From: an uncultured bacterium | Lineage (GTDB): Bacteria; Acidobacteriota; HRBIN11; JAKEFK01 | Assembly: GCA_963777505.1 (NCBI GenBank) | Contig: CAVZQN010000001.1 | Span: 480,001-544,000 of the forward strand | DNA: 64,000 nt | Reading direction: 5' to 3' | In this document: positions 48,666-58,321 of the stretch, in pieces | Layout: every line of letters starts with the position of its first letter | How positions within the stretch are numbered: the stretch's first letter is position 1 | Made by a program: the position numbers and the translations under genes | The notes under the pieces: model-generated | Told to the model about the DNA's origin: nothing | Seen by the model: the letters and a program-made list of their open reading frames with translations, nothing else | Databases searched by the model: none

Positions 48666-51020
48666 TTACCCAAAAATGTCCCACCATCGCGAACCATGTT
48701 CTTCACAAGTTTGGGAGGGCTCAGTACCAACTACAAATTTTTCAGGAATCGCTGAAGGACAATCTTCGGTAGCAAGTTGTCCGGTAAGTGGATCAATCAT
48801 CCTTACAGAAACACCTTGCGGACTCGCGAATTCTTCCGAAGGCATACTTTGCAGTGCTTTCTTCATGAATTGAACCCAGATCGGCAAAGCGGCTTGAGCG
48901 CCGGTCATCTTAATTGGTGTATTGTCATCATAACCAGTCCAAACTACACAGAGTAGATTGGGTGTGTAACCAACAAACCACGCATCACGATATTCATCTG
49001 TCGTTCCTGTCTTGCCGGCCGCAGGTCTTGTAAAACCCCATTTACGTACGGGAGCGCCTGTGCCACTGCTGATTACAGTTTCCATCATGTCTGTGATGAT
49101 GTATGCCGTTTGAGGATGCAGAATCCGCTCAACACCAATCTGACTCCGTTCTAGTGTTTTTCCATCCGCACCCGTCACTCTTTGAACAGTACGCAGTTCT
49201 GTTTTCACACCACCATTTGCAAAAACTGTATAGGCTGTTGCAACTTGCCATGGGCTCACTTCAAATGCGCCAAGTGCTAAAGAGGGATAAGGTTTGACTG
49301 AGGTAAATCCAAGTTTTTTTCCAAGGTCTGCTATATCTTTTAAGCCAACATCAATCGCGAGTTTCGCGGTCGCGACATTCATCGATTGTGCAAGCGCATT
49401 TCTAAGAGTTGTAGTTCCATGATATTGACCGTCATAATTTTTTGGCTCCCAGGTCTGATTCGAATAATGTAGGATCCACGGCTCATCCACTACAATCGAT
49501 GCAGGTGTAAAAACGCGTGACTGTTTTTGCTGGAAAGCTTTTTCCATTGCAGCTGCATACACAACAGGCTTAAAGATGCTGCCAGGCTGCCTTGAAGCCT
49601 GACTGATCCGGTCAAACTGACTCTTGGAATAACTACGTCCGCCAACAAAAGCGCGGATGTAACCCGTTTGTGGCTCAATCGCTATCAAACATCCTTGAAC
49701 GTTTTGCTTTGTTCTTTTAAAACGGACTTTGTCGATTTCATTAAGTCCCTTGAAAAGCACTTCTTCTGCCAGTCTTTGCATATCCAGATCGAGAGTTGTG
49801 AAAACATGAAGATTCTGCGTATAGATTGTTTCTTCTTTGTATTTATCAAGCAGTTGACTCTTTACAACATCTCCAAAGTAGGGTGCGAGATTAATTCGAG
49901 CATCGTAAGGATGAACAACTAACGGAACCTTTACATATTTTGCATATTCATCAGGTTTTAGCGCACCCGTATTCTTCATTGCAAGAAGCACAGTATCGCG
50001 TCTGCTTCGGGCTTGAGCAGGATTCTTGTATGGGTTATATGAATTGGGGGCCTGAATCAGACCTGCAAGAAAAGCAGCTTCGGGAACCGAAATGTGCTGA
50101 ACATCTTTTCTAAAAAACAGAAGGCTCGCTTCCCCAACACCGTTGATGCTCATCGCTCCTCGTTGACCAAGATAAATTTCATTGAGGTACATTTCGAGGA
50201 TTTCATTTTTTGTTTGCTTTTGTTCCATGATGAACGCCATCATCGCTTCGCTGATCTTTCGCCGAAGCGTTCGCTGGGGAGTTAAATAGAAATTCTTCAC
50301 AAGCTGCTGCGTAATTGTGCTGCCACCTTGAAGCTGCTTTTTCCCAAATACATCGTTGACGATCGCTCGAAGAATCGCTTTAGGATCAATTCCTGAATGC
50401 TGATAAAAACGGCGATCTTCTATTGCGAGTACTGCCTTAATCAAATGAGGCGGTAGATCCCCATAACGCACAAGTGTTCGTTTTTCCCACTCAGAGCCAA
50501 ATAGACTGCTGATTGCTGCTGGTTCCAAATCAAATGCTGGCAAATCTTCTTTTGAATCCAGATTTGTAATGCTTGCAACGCCAACATTATCGAAGCTGAC
50601 CAATACAGCAGGCAAACGCGGCTGTTTCATGAACAACGCGCGCTTCCGAAACGCTAAGCCTTTTTTCAGAACGGCATATTGCCCGGTTTGCGGTAGAGCT
50701 TCATCAGTCTTTTGATAGTTAATCCGTTGGAGATATTCCACCAGCCACGATTGTTTTAGCGGCATCCCCGCATAAAGCATGGGGGCATCGGCATAGATTG
50801 TTGAAGGTAACGACCAGCGTTCCGATTGAAGATGAGCGTTAACTACTTTGCGACAATTGTTGTAGAAATTAGCAAAAACGATGAGCCCGGCAAATGCCAA
50901 ACAGAAAAACAAAATGAAGACTGGCCGCAGCCACCGCCTTTTGGAGCCATTTGAAACTGGAATGCGGCGTTTGATGCGTCGGATGATCATTCGACCGTAA
51001 TTTTGTTCTGCTTCCTGCAT
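48666..51020 (-). CDS. mrcB: Class A penicillin-binding protein, PBP1B type
   Basis: UB2H-like segment, EDRRFYQH.G, GGSTITQQ, SIFK, SMN, KTGT. Confidence 0.88.
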   Translation of the reverse strand: MQEAEQNYGRMIIRRIKRRIPVSNGSKRRWLRPVFILFFCLAFAGLIVFANFYNNCRKVVNAHLQSERWSLPSTIYADAPMLYAGMPLKQSWLVEYLQRINYQKTDEALPQTGQYAVLKKGLAFRKRALFMKQPRLPAVLVSFDNVGVASITNLDSKEDLPAFDLEPAAISSLFGSEWEKRTLVRYGDLPPHLIKAVLAIEDRRFYQHSGIDPKAILRAIVNDVFGKKQLQGGSTITQQLVKNFYLTPQRTLRRKISEAMMAFIMEQKQTKNEILEMYLNEIYLGQRGAMSINGVGEASLLFFRKDVQHISVPEAAFLAGLIQAPNSYNPYKNPAQARSRRDTVLLAMKNTGALKPDEYAKYVKVPLVVHPYDARINLAPYFGDVVKSQLLDKYKEETIYTQNLHVFTTLDLDMQRLAEEVLFKGLNEIDKVRFKRTKQNVQGCLIAIEPQTGYIRAFVGGRSYSKSQFDRISQASRQPGSIFKPVVYAAAMEKAFQQKQSRVFTPASIVVDEPWILHYSNQTWEPKNYDGQYHGTTTLRNALAQSMNVATAKLAIDVGLKDIADLGKKLGFTSVKPYPSLALGAFEVSPWQVATAYTVFANGGVKTELRTVQRVTGADGKTLERSQIGVERILHPQTAYIITDMMETVISSGTGAPVRKWGFTRPAAGKTGTTDEYRDAWFVGYTPNLLCVVWTGYDDNTPIKMTGAQAALPIWVQFMKKALQSMPSEEFASPQGVSVRMIDPLTGQLATEDCPSAIPEKFVVGTEPSQTCEEHGSRWWDIFG

Positions 51021-51210
51021 TTTGTCAAAGGTTACAACTTATTCTGAAGATTGAATTTAAATACTATTCAGAAAAATGTCATGGATTTTTTTCAAAGATC
51101 ACAATAAAGTGCTTTGCAAACTTCCTACCAAAGCATTTCTGAGAAGCGTAGGGAAATAATTGTGACTTTATTTCCACACATTGTGGGTTGTGTTCACAGC
51201 GCAGTTTAAA

Positions 51211-51223
51211 AATCAGAAATTTG
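51211..51223 (+). promoter_or_regulatory. Putative IHF site
   Basis: AATCAGAAATTTG fits WATCARNNNNTTR, about 60 bp upstream of a sigma54 motif. Confidence 0.45.
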
Positions 51224-51279
51224 AAGGCTCACCGTCAGAAATTCGGATGCGTTTCAGCCTCTATTGTCGATAAGAGACC

Positions 51280-51295
51280 GGGCACAGCCTTTGCT
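51280..51295 (+). promoter_or_regulatory. sigma54 promoter
   Basis: GGGCACAGCCTTTGCT (GG-N10-GC), 24 bp before ATG 51320. Confidence 0.65.
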
Positions 51296-51319
51296 TACTT
51301 CACCGAAAGAGGAATAAAA

Positions 51320-51778
51320 ATGACCAGGATCTTTTTAATTGGAGCCTTTGCGATACTTAGTTTTTGTTTTACAGGGTGTGATTTTCTCGATGATGACGTC
51401 GTGCGTTTTGAAATAATTTCAGAAGGTTCCTTTTCCGGCATCAATACAAAGACGGAAACCGTAGTTGATTCACAGTCTCAATGGACAACGCTGTGGGATC
51501 AACACGTCAGCATTCAGGTTCCAAAGCCTGCCTTACCTTCGGTCGACTTTAGTTCATCGGTAGTCGTAGCGATTGTCGCAGGAAACAAACCCGACTCTTG
51601 TTACAACTTATTTCTACGCGAAGTATCTGAAGATGGCGACAATGTGAACATTCGTTATGAAATCGTCACAAGCCCTCCTGACTTAGGTTGTGCAGACGTC
51701 ATAACCCAGCCGTTTACGATCTTTCGTATTCCCAGGCCGGAAGGAAGTATCAGCATTCAGGAAGCAGGAAGCCGATAG
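51320..51778 (+). CDS. PrcB C-terminal-like lipoprotein
   Basis: GAGG RBS, lipobox FTGC, W..LW..H..PSVDF..VVVA..G.KP, VITQPF. Confidence 0.75.
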   Translation: MTRIFLIGAFAILSFCFTGCDFLDDDVVRFEIISEGSFSGINTKTETVVDSQSQWTTLWDQHVSIQVPKPALPSVDFSSSVVVAIVAGNKPDSCYNLFLREVSEDGDNVNIRYEIVTSPPDLGCADVITQPFTIFRIPRPEGSISIQEAGSR

Positions 51779-51801
51779 CATTAACTATTTTTCGCGTAGT
51801 C

Positions 51802-53628
51802 TTAGAACTTAGACTTTTGGAATTCTTCGATTGTGGTGACGCCTTCATTGATCCGCTGAAGGCATCTTGAACGCAGCGAAAGCATTCCATCTTTAATCGC
51901 TACTTTTTCAATCTCGAGTGCCGAAGAGTTACGGGCAATTTCTTCAGCCACTGCTGGAGTAACTGGGAGCGCTTCAAAAATAGCTATACGCCCGTTAAAA
52001 CCGATAAAATTGCATTCCTTACAACCCGTTCCTGCATATGCATTCAACCCCTGTGCTTCTTCTTGAGTCATTCCCATTCTCACTAGCAGTGATTCAGTTA
52101 CTGGAGATTTTGAAGAGCAATGAGGACAAATTCTCCGGATCAATCTCTGGTTGATCACGATTGAAAGCGATTGAGACAGCAACGAAGCTGAAGCGCCAAG
52201 TTCGCGCAAAAGCACAATTGCATTCGCTGATGAAATCGCATTTAGTGATGCGACAACAACACAGCGCGCCGCAATCTTACAAACAGTGGCGGCAACTTCC
52301 GCGTTTGGAATATCAGAAATAAAAATGACGTCTGGATTTGATCGGATAATCGAATTCAATCCTGTAATGAAATCAAATCCTGCCGATGGATTAATTTCGG
52401 ATTGATGAACGTGGCGGATCGTTGCAAAAATCGGAGACTCTAACGTCATGATTTTCCGCTGAGAACTCGCCAGATAACGCATCATCGAATATTCCGTTGT
52501 GCTGACTCCATTCATCAGCGGACCGCTCAACAAAATCAAACCAAAACGGGAATCTAATGCAGATTTTAATTTTGCAAGCTGATCATCTGTGAAGCCGACC
52601 TCATTCACGTTTCTTAAGAATGTTGAAAGTGAAACAATCTTGATGCTGATACTTTCACCGTGAGGATTCGGAAAACTCAAAATATTCAGCTGATATCTTT
52701 GTTCTCCCAATCGCAGCATGATCTTGTTTGTTTGCGGAATTCTTGTATTTTGAACATCCATCTTTGCGAGTCTTTTGAGGCTGGCAATCAGAGATAGATG
52801 ATCTTCCTTTCGTGGAGATTTGATTTTGTATAAGACTCCATCAATGCGATAGCGAACACTCAGTTCATTTCTATCTGGTTCAATATGAATATCGGAAGCA
52901 TGACGCCGGATTGCGTCCATGATCAGCCTTCGAATCAGTGTCTGCGCGTCCAGGCTTTCCTGTTCCATGATGCGAACGCCGCCGGGTGGCACATATTTTT
53001 TTAGAAAATCGCTGATCGCTACCTCATCCGCATAAATTGGCACAACATGCATTTCCGCCTTTCTGCCCGCAATCTCAACTGTGGAAATATCCTGAGGGTT
53101 CGACATAGCTAAAGCAAGAAATGATCGGTTGCTTCCCTGGAATACCTGGAGAGGCAGAATTTTTCGCTGAACACAAAATTCAGGATTCAACTTCTGTAGT
53201 AAATTCGGATCGGTATATTCGTCTGTAAACTCAGCAGGCAATGGTATGGCTTGCATCTGAAGAAATAAGTCCAATTCTTCAGAGGTTAAGAACTTGCTCT
53301 GAACAAGGATTTGTCCCAGTTTCTCATGCGTTTGGCCCTGCTGGCTCAGCGCATTCAACATATCTTCAACTGTTACAATTTGAGCACGAACCAATAGTTC
53401 CCCAAGACGATCTTTGATTTTCCGAAGTGACGCTCGCTCTTGTTGCAATGTATTCGGAGCATATTCCCAAAAGCGTCTTAAATACTCATCAGAAGCAGTA
53501 CAAAAACACTGCAAGCAATAAGGACAAAGTTTGGTGGGGTTTTTTGGGTCGCAGCTACACCAGACAGACGAGACGGAGTCGTACTCTCCTAGACAGCTCC
53601 AACACTGAATTATGTACTCTTCGCTCAC
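51802..53628 (-). CDS. GspE/PilB-family protein with degenerate ATPase motifs, Cys-rich N-terminus and MshEN-like motifs
   Basis: ASDIHIEP, VRYRIDG, QRLIRRICPHC, GCKECNFIGFNGRIAIFE; Walker A reads GPLMNGVST. Confidence 0.88.
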   Translation of the reverse strand: MSEEYIIQCWSCLGEYDSVSSVWCSCDPKNPTKLCPYCLQCFCTASDEYLRRFWEYAPNTLQQERASLRKIKDRLGELLVRAQIVTVEDMLNALSQQGQTHEKLGQILVQSKFLTSEELDLFLQMQAIPLPAEFTDEYTDPNLLQKLNPEFCVQRKILPLQVFQGSNRSFLALAMSNPQDISTVEIAGRKAEMHVVPIYADEVAISDFLKKYVPPGGVRIMEQESLDAQTLIRRLIMDAIRRHASDIHIEPDRNELSVRYRIDGVLYKIKSPRKEDHLSLIASLKRLAKMDVQNTRIPQTNKIMLRLGEQRYQLNILSFPNPHGESISIKIVSLSTFLRNVNEVGFTDDQLAKLKSALDSRFGLILLSGPLMNGVSTTEYSMMRYLASSQRKIMTLESPIFATIRHVHQSEINPSAGFDFITGLNSIIRSNPDVIFISDIPNAEVAATVCKIAARCVVVASLNAISSANAIVLLRELGASASLLSQSLSIVINQRLIRRICPHCSSKSPVTESLLVRMGMTQEEAQGLNAYAGTGCKECNFIGFNGRIAIFEALPVTPAVAEEIARNSSALEIEKVAIKDGMLSLRSRCLQRINEGVTTIEEFQKSKF

Positions 53629-53700
53629 TCCTCCCTCGACTTAACCAATTGAGTGTACAACACTTCCGGCTACTATGACAGGCATCGAACGTTTCACAGA

Positions 53701-55134
53701 TTATTGTAGACGATCGATCTTCATCATGTTTGTCGCTCCACGAACCGGATTTGTGCCCGAGACAATTACGATAACGTCCCCTTTATTTACAGCTCCCGTT
53801 TGAAGCAAAATTTCTTCAGCACGGCGGATCATTGAATCCGTGTTTGGGATCGAGTCAAACAACATTGGCAGAACTCCCCAAACCAGCGATAGATGGCGGA
53901 AGGTTTTTTCTTCCGGAGTAAACGCGTAAATAGGAGCTGGCGGACGCTGACAGGAAGCAAGATGAGCCGTCATTCCTGACTGAGTAAAAACAACAATCGC
54001 CCGCGCTTTCATTTCAACAGCTGCAGCCCGTGCGGAATGGACGATTCCATGCGTAAAGTTCGTTTGTTTTTGTGGCCGAATAAATTCAATTTTCTGAAAC
54101 AATTCCTCATCCGATTCTGTGTAACGCGCGATATTTGCCATTGTTTTTATAGCGCGTATGGGATACTCCCCTACAGCAGTTTCCTGCGATAGCATCAGGA
54201 CATCTGTGCCATCCAGAATCGCATTCGCAACATCTGAAGCTTCTGCCCTGGTCGGACGAGCACTGTGAACCATACTTTCGAGCATTTGAGTTGCTGTAAT
54301 TGCCAGCTTTTCTGATTTATTCGCTCGTTCAATGATTTTCTTTTGAATCAAAGGGACTCTTTCTGCTGGAAGCTCGACACCAAGATCGCCGCGAGCAACC
54401 ATGACTCCATCTGTCACTTCCAAAATTTCACGAATATTTTTCACAGCTTCCGGCTTCTCAATTTTGGCAATGATCTTCACATCGGGATAATTCCATTGAT
54501 TTAATAGATTCTTCAAGACCAGAACATCCCATGCAGTACGAACGAAGGACAGGGCTATGTAATCAACCTGCATGTCTACACCAAAACGGGCATCGGCGAT
54601 GTCCTTATCAGTCACACTGGGCGCACTGATTTGAGTTCCAGGAAGATTGATCCCCTTTTTTTCGCCAAGTATTCCACCGGTTATGACTTCTGTAGTGATA
54701 TTTTCAGAATCAATATCTAATACTTTTAATTCGATTGCTCCATCGTTGAGCAGGATGGGGTCACCAGGCTTCACATCAAGAGGCATTCCTTTGTAGTTTG
54801 TAGAAACTTCGGTATCTGAGCCTTCGATTTCACGAATGGTGATTGTAAATCTTGCATCAGGATGAAGAGTGACGGACTTATGTTCCTTGAGTGTGCCGGT
54901 TCGGATTTTCGGACCTTGCAAATCTTGAAGGATGGCAACCGGCTCCTTCAAACTAGCCGCAACCGATCGAATCCGATCAACGATAGGAAGGAAATATTCA
55001 TGACTGCCATGGGAAAAGTTTAGCCGGAAGCCATTTGCCCCCGCCTGAATCATTTCTCGAATGGTGTCAGCTTCGATGGAAGCGGGTCCAATCGTAGCTA
55101 AAATTTTTGTCTTTCGCGGACTGGGATGCGCCAA
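53701..55134 (-). CDS. pyk: Pyruvate kinase
   Basis: TKILATIGPAS, RLNFSHG, DLQGPKIR, AKIEK, MVARGDLG, TQMLESM; GGAGG plus TTG start. Confidence 0.97.
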   Translation of the reverse strand: MAHPSPRKTKILATIGPASIEADTIREMIQAGANGFRLNFSHGSHEYFLPIVDRIRSVAASLKEPVAILQDLQGPKIRTGTLKEHKSVTLHPDARFTITIREIEGSDTEVSTNYKGMPLDVKPGDPILLNDGAIELKVLDIDSENITTEVITGGILGEKKGINLPGTQISAPSVTDKDIADARFGVDMQVDYIALSFVRTAWDVLVLKNLLNQWNYPDVKIIAKIEKPEAVKNIREILEVTDGVMVARGDLGVELPAERVPLIQKKIIERANKSEKLAITATQMLESMVHSARPTRAEASDVANAILDGTDVLMLSQETAVGEYPIRAIKTMANIARYTESDEELFQKIEFIRPQKQTNFTHGIVHSARAAAVEMKARAIVVFTQSGMTAHLASCQRPPAPIYAFTPEEKTFRHLSLVWGVLPMLFDSIPNTDSMIRRAEEILLQTGAVNKGDVIVIVSGTNPVRGATNMMKIDRLQ

Positions 55135-55257
55135 ATTACCTCCTGAGGCACCTGTATGCTAATTCCCGATTCGGTCACAGTCAAGAAACATAAATCATAC
55201 CTCATTTATTTGATTCTGATTATCGTTTTCAAAACACATCAATAACATCGTCGACAA

Positions 55258-57558
55258 CTAATCTTCATAACTTTCGATTCGTAACGATTCCGGATCTAGA
55301 TGAATCCTGATCGTGCCCTGCAGGTCAGTCCTTAGTACCATTGAATGCCTTTCGTTTAGGTTTCGGAGAACCTGCGGATGTGGATGTCCAAACCAATTGT
55401 TCCTTCCGGCGGAAATGACACTGATCCACGGCCGAAAGTGATTTAGAAAATCTGCGGATGTTGAGGTCTTGCTTCCATGATGAGCTACTTTCAATACACT
55501 GACTTTCAAGCTGGGTTCTAATTTCATCAGAATCTCTTCCGTGGACTTCTCTGCGTCCCCTGCCAATAGAATCTTATGATTTCGGTAACTCAGTAGCAAA
55601 ACCAATGAATCATCGTTGGCAACTCTTCGTGTATATTTGCGATCCTCAGGCGCAAGAACACGGATTGTCACATCTCCCTGTTTGAAAAGCATTCCTCTCC
55701 GAATTCCCTGGATTCGTACCTGACTTGATTGCAAGAGCTTTTGAAAACCAGAATCAGCAATGGGTCTCCGGGTACAGTAAAAGAGATCGGAGCGTATATA
55801 GCGGCTTAGTGAAATTAAGCCATTCATGTGATCAGCATGGGCGTGCGTTAAAAAGATTCTATGCAGCCGGACAATCCCTAGATGGGAAAGATACGGGAGT
55901 AGTACGGCTTCTCCGGTGTCGAGTGCTTCTGTATTCCAAAAACCGCCACCATCAATAAGATCGGCTGTACCGTCCGGATATTGAATCAGAATCGAATCTC
56001 CTTGCCCAACGTCTAAAAAGTGTAGAACCAGCTTTCCTGTTGCTTGAGGTTGTCGCGTCAAAATCCATAAGAAACAAACAACGGAAGCGAATGCGGCAAT
56101 GATGCACAAGAGTCGTTTTTTACGAAGCAGTAATGCTGTAAGAATCGAGGCATAGAACGCAAGCACCAGAAATAATGGAGGCTCGGGTAAAGTGGTAAGC
56201 CACATACCGCTGAAGAATTCCGAGCTTTCAACAAACCATCGAACAGGAAATCGGATTAGTGGATTGATCATCGTATGAAACAAATTGGAGGGTAATGCGC
56301 CTGTGCCTGCAGCGATTAAGAAACTGCTCAAAGGTATTGCAGCAAAATTTGCCAGTAATGCGCCGAATGAAATCCGATGAAATATGAAGGCTTGATACGG
56401 CGCCAGTACAAATTGAATCGAGAGCGAAACAATAACAAAGCTCCATGCATAGTTATAGATCTTTCGTGGCATGCGAATTACGTTACAAAGTGGTAGCGCA
56501 ACAAACAGAATTGCCGCAGTAGAGAGGTAGGTTAGATGAAAGCCAGGATCAAAAAGTTCAAGAGGATTCCACGCGACCTGTAAGAGCGCGCACAATGCCA
56601 GCACGTTCGCCATGGCAGGACGTTCTTGTCTATACACCGAAAATGCAAGTACCAGAAATGTGAGTACGGAGCGCACAATCGAAGACCGTCCTTCCAGCAG
56701 AAACAAATAAAACAACAACAGCGCGCTTAGCAATCCCATCGCGACCGGAAAGTGGACTGTACGTTTCAAAGCCCAGAGGCAAACGAGAAGCAGGACTGTT
56801 ACATGGAAGCCAGAAATTGCCACCACATGGAAAATGCCAGCATCGATCAGAGTTTGTTCGGTCTCCCGGCTAATCCCTGAACGATCGTCCAGCCAGAGTG
56901 CGCGAAGGATACCGCCTTCTACAGGTGAAAATCCACCGCTAACCCGCTGAATCATTCTCAAACGCATCGATGACATCCAGTGTTTGAAACCAGTTCCAAC
57001 CTCAACAATTCTGATCAACTTTGCAGATTTAATACTTCCAAGAACATGAATGCCTTCTTTCTGCAAGTAACGTTCGTAATTAAAGCAACCCTCTGCGCGA
57101 AAGCTCGTTGGCATTCTGAATCTTGCATAGGCCTCCAGAACATCTCCAACGACTGGCGTTGGATCCATTTTTTCAGGCACGGTTAGTCGCGCAACTCCGC
57201 TGATGGTTTTGCCGGAAATCGAAAGCACGTCTACACGCAGTACCACAAAATCCGCATGGATTTCAGGTGTTTGCCGTAGACGCACTCGAATTGCGACAGT
57301 TTCATTTTCGTTTGTAATTACCCATGTTCTCAGCGTACTTTTGTGATACTTCAAATCGGAGTGCTTATATGTGAAGCCTCCAACACAAAATAAGAAAAGT
57401 ATTTGTGCGGTAAATGTAGTTCGGAATGATTTTGTTCGAAAGGCTGCAGCCGCCGTGATCAGAGCCGCAATGAAACATATTCCGGGAATATCCAGATACA
57501 CTTCGGCCAGGATACCCGCCGAAAAAGACAAAAAGATATAAACGAATGGCGCTGACAT
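55258..57558 (-). CDS. comEC: Competence DNA-uptake channel ComEC/Rec2
   Basis: HVVAISGFHV, PGF.L.Y, FLDVGQGDS, THAHADH, KVAHHGS, N.FGHPH, RTD..G. Confidence 0.94.
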   Translation of the reverse strand: MSAPFVYIFLSFSAGILAEVYLDIPGICFIAALITAAAAFRTKSFRTTFTAQILFLFCVGGFTYKHSDLKYHKSTLRTWVITNENETVAIRVRLRQTPEIHADFVVLRVDVLSISGKTISGVARLTVPEKMDPTPVVGDVLEAYARFRMPTSFRAEGCFNYERYLQKEGIHVLGSIKSAKLIRIVEVGTGFKHWMSSMRLRMIQRVSGGFSPVEGGILRALWLDDRSGISRETEQTLIDAGIFHVVAISGFHVTVLLLVCLWALKRTVHFPVAMGLLSALLLFYLFLLEGRSSIVRSVLTFLVLAFSVYRQERPAMANVLALCALLQVAWNPLELFDPGFHLTYLSTAAILFVALPLCNVIRMPRKIYNYAWSFVIVSLSIQFVLAPYQAFIFHRISFGALLANFAAIPLSSFLIAAGTGALPSNLFHTMINPLIRFPVRWFVESSEFFSGMWLTTLPEPPLFLVLAFYASILTALLLRKKRLLCIIAAFASVVCFLWILTRQPQATGKLVLHFLDVGQGDSILIQYPDGTADLIDGGGFWNTEALDTGEAVLLPYLSHLGIVRLHRIFLTHAHADHMNGLISLSRYIRSDLFYCTRRPIADSGFQKLLQSSQVRIQGIRRGMLFKQGDVTIRVLAPEDRKYTRRVANDDSLVLLLSYRNHKILLAGDAEKSTEEILMKLEPSLKVSVLKVAHHGSKTSTSADFLNHFRPWISVISAGRNNWFGHPHPQVLRNLNERHSMVLRTDLQGTIRIHLDPESLRIESYED

Positions 57559-57567
57559 ACGTTTGCC

Positions 57568-57591
57568 GTAGGGCGAGCCTCAGTGCTCGCC
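57568..57591 (+). repeat. Single GTAG-type REP
   Basis: GTAGGGCGAGCCTCAGTGCTCGCC, 9 bp upstream of the comEC start. Confidence 0.65.
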
Positions 57592-57610
57592 AAAGGGTTA
57601 TTGCCAGGTG

Positions 57611-58321
57611 TCAGCTTTGCATGTAAAACAGACTGAGGCGAGGAATGCCGTATTGTTTCCGGACTGCTTTAATTAAAGCCCGGCGCAGCATTTCTTGATA
57701 AACACTAAATTCAAGCTTCTCTTCAAACGATTTTAGTTCGCGCATGGAATCCTCCTTATAACGAGCAATGTCGTTGGCCGGCACAAGCTGTAACAACAGC
57801 TGCTCCAACTCCTTTTCTATGCCGGTAAGTTTTTCTTCCACACGCTCACGATTCATTGATGAATTTGTCCTGAATTCACTTAATATTCCGTTGCGAAGCG
57901 ATGCTTCCTTAAGTTGAAGCATTTGGGCCAGTGCATCATTTCCATTTTCCGATGCTTTCTTTGCACTTTCGGAAAGCTGAACTGAAAGCCTTTCCAAATA
58001 TTGTTCCACATCTGCCGGAGGAGGTTCTAAATGCCGTCCTGCAGCAGCAGAATCTCCGGTTCCTTCCATCGATTTCAAATGACGTTTGAATTCGCTTTTC
58101 ACAATCCGTTTGCAGTACATCAGACTTGTGATTTCGCTGTCTGCATCTTTCTTTCTTTCAAAGGCACGGTCAATTCCACGAATAACAACTTCGCTAGGAA
58201 TTTCCTGTTCATACCATTCGCGTATTAACACCCATTCTTTTGGCGAAAGGAGCATCGGATTACCGCGCTTTTGCAGGAAATAATCTTCAATCAATCGAAA
58301 ATATTCCTCTTCATCCATCAT
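57611..58321 (-). CDS. Hypothetical helical protein with DnaD-like N-terminus
   Basis: ATGA overlap with coaX; IEDYF..RG..LSPKEW.LI.EW..IP.EVV..GIDRAF..SLMYC; ends PRLSLFYMQS. Confidence 0.7.
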   Translation of the reverse strand: MMDEEEYFRLIEDYFLQKRGNPMLLSPKEWVLIREWYEQEIPSEVVIRGIDRAFERKKDADSEITSLMYCKRIVKSEFKRHLKSMEGTGDSAAAGRHLEPPPADVEQYLERLSVQLSESAKKASENGNDALAQMLQLKEASLRNGILSEFRTNSSMNRERVEEKLTGIEKELEQLLLQLVPANDIARYKEDSMRELKSFEEKLEFSVYQEMLRRALIKAVRKQYGIPRLSLFYMQS

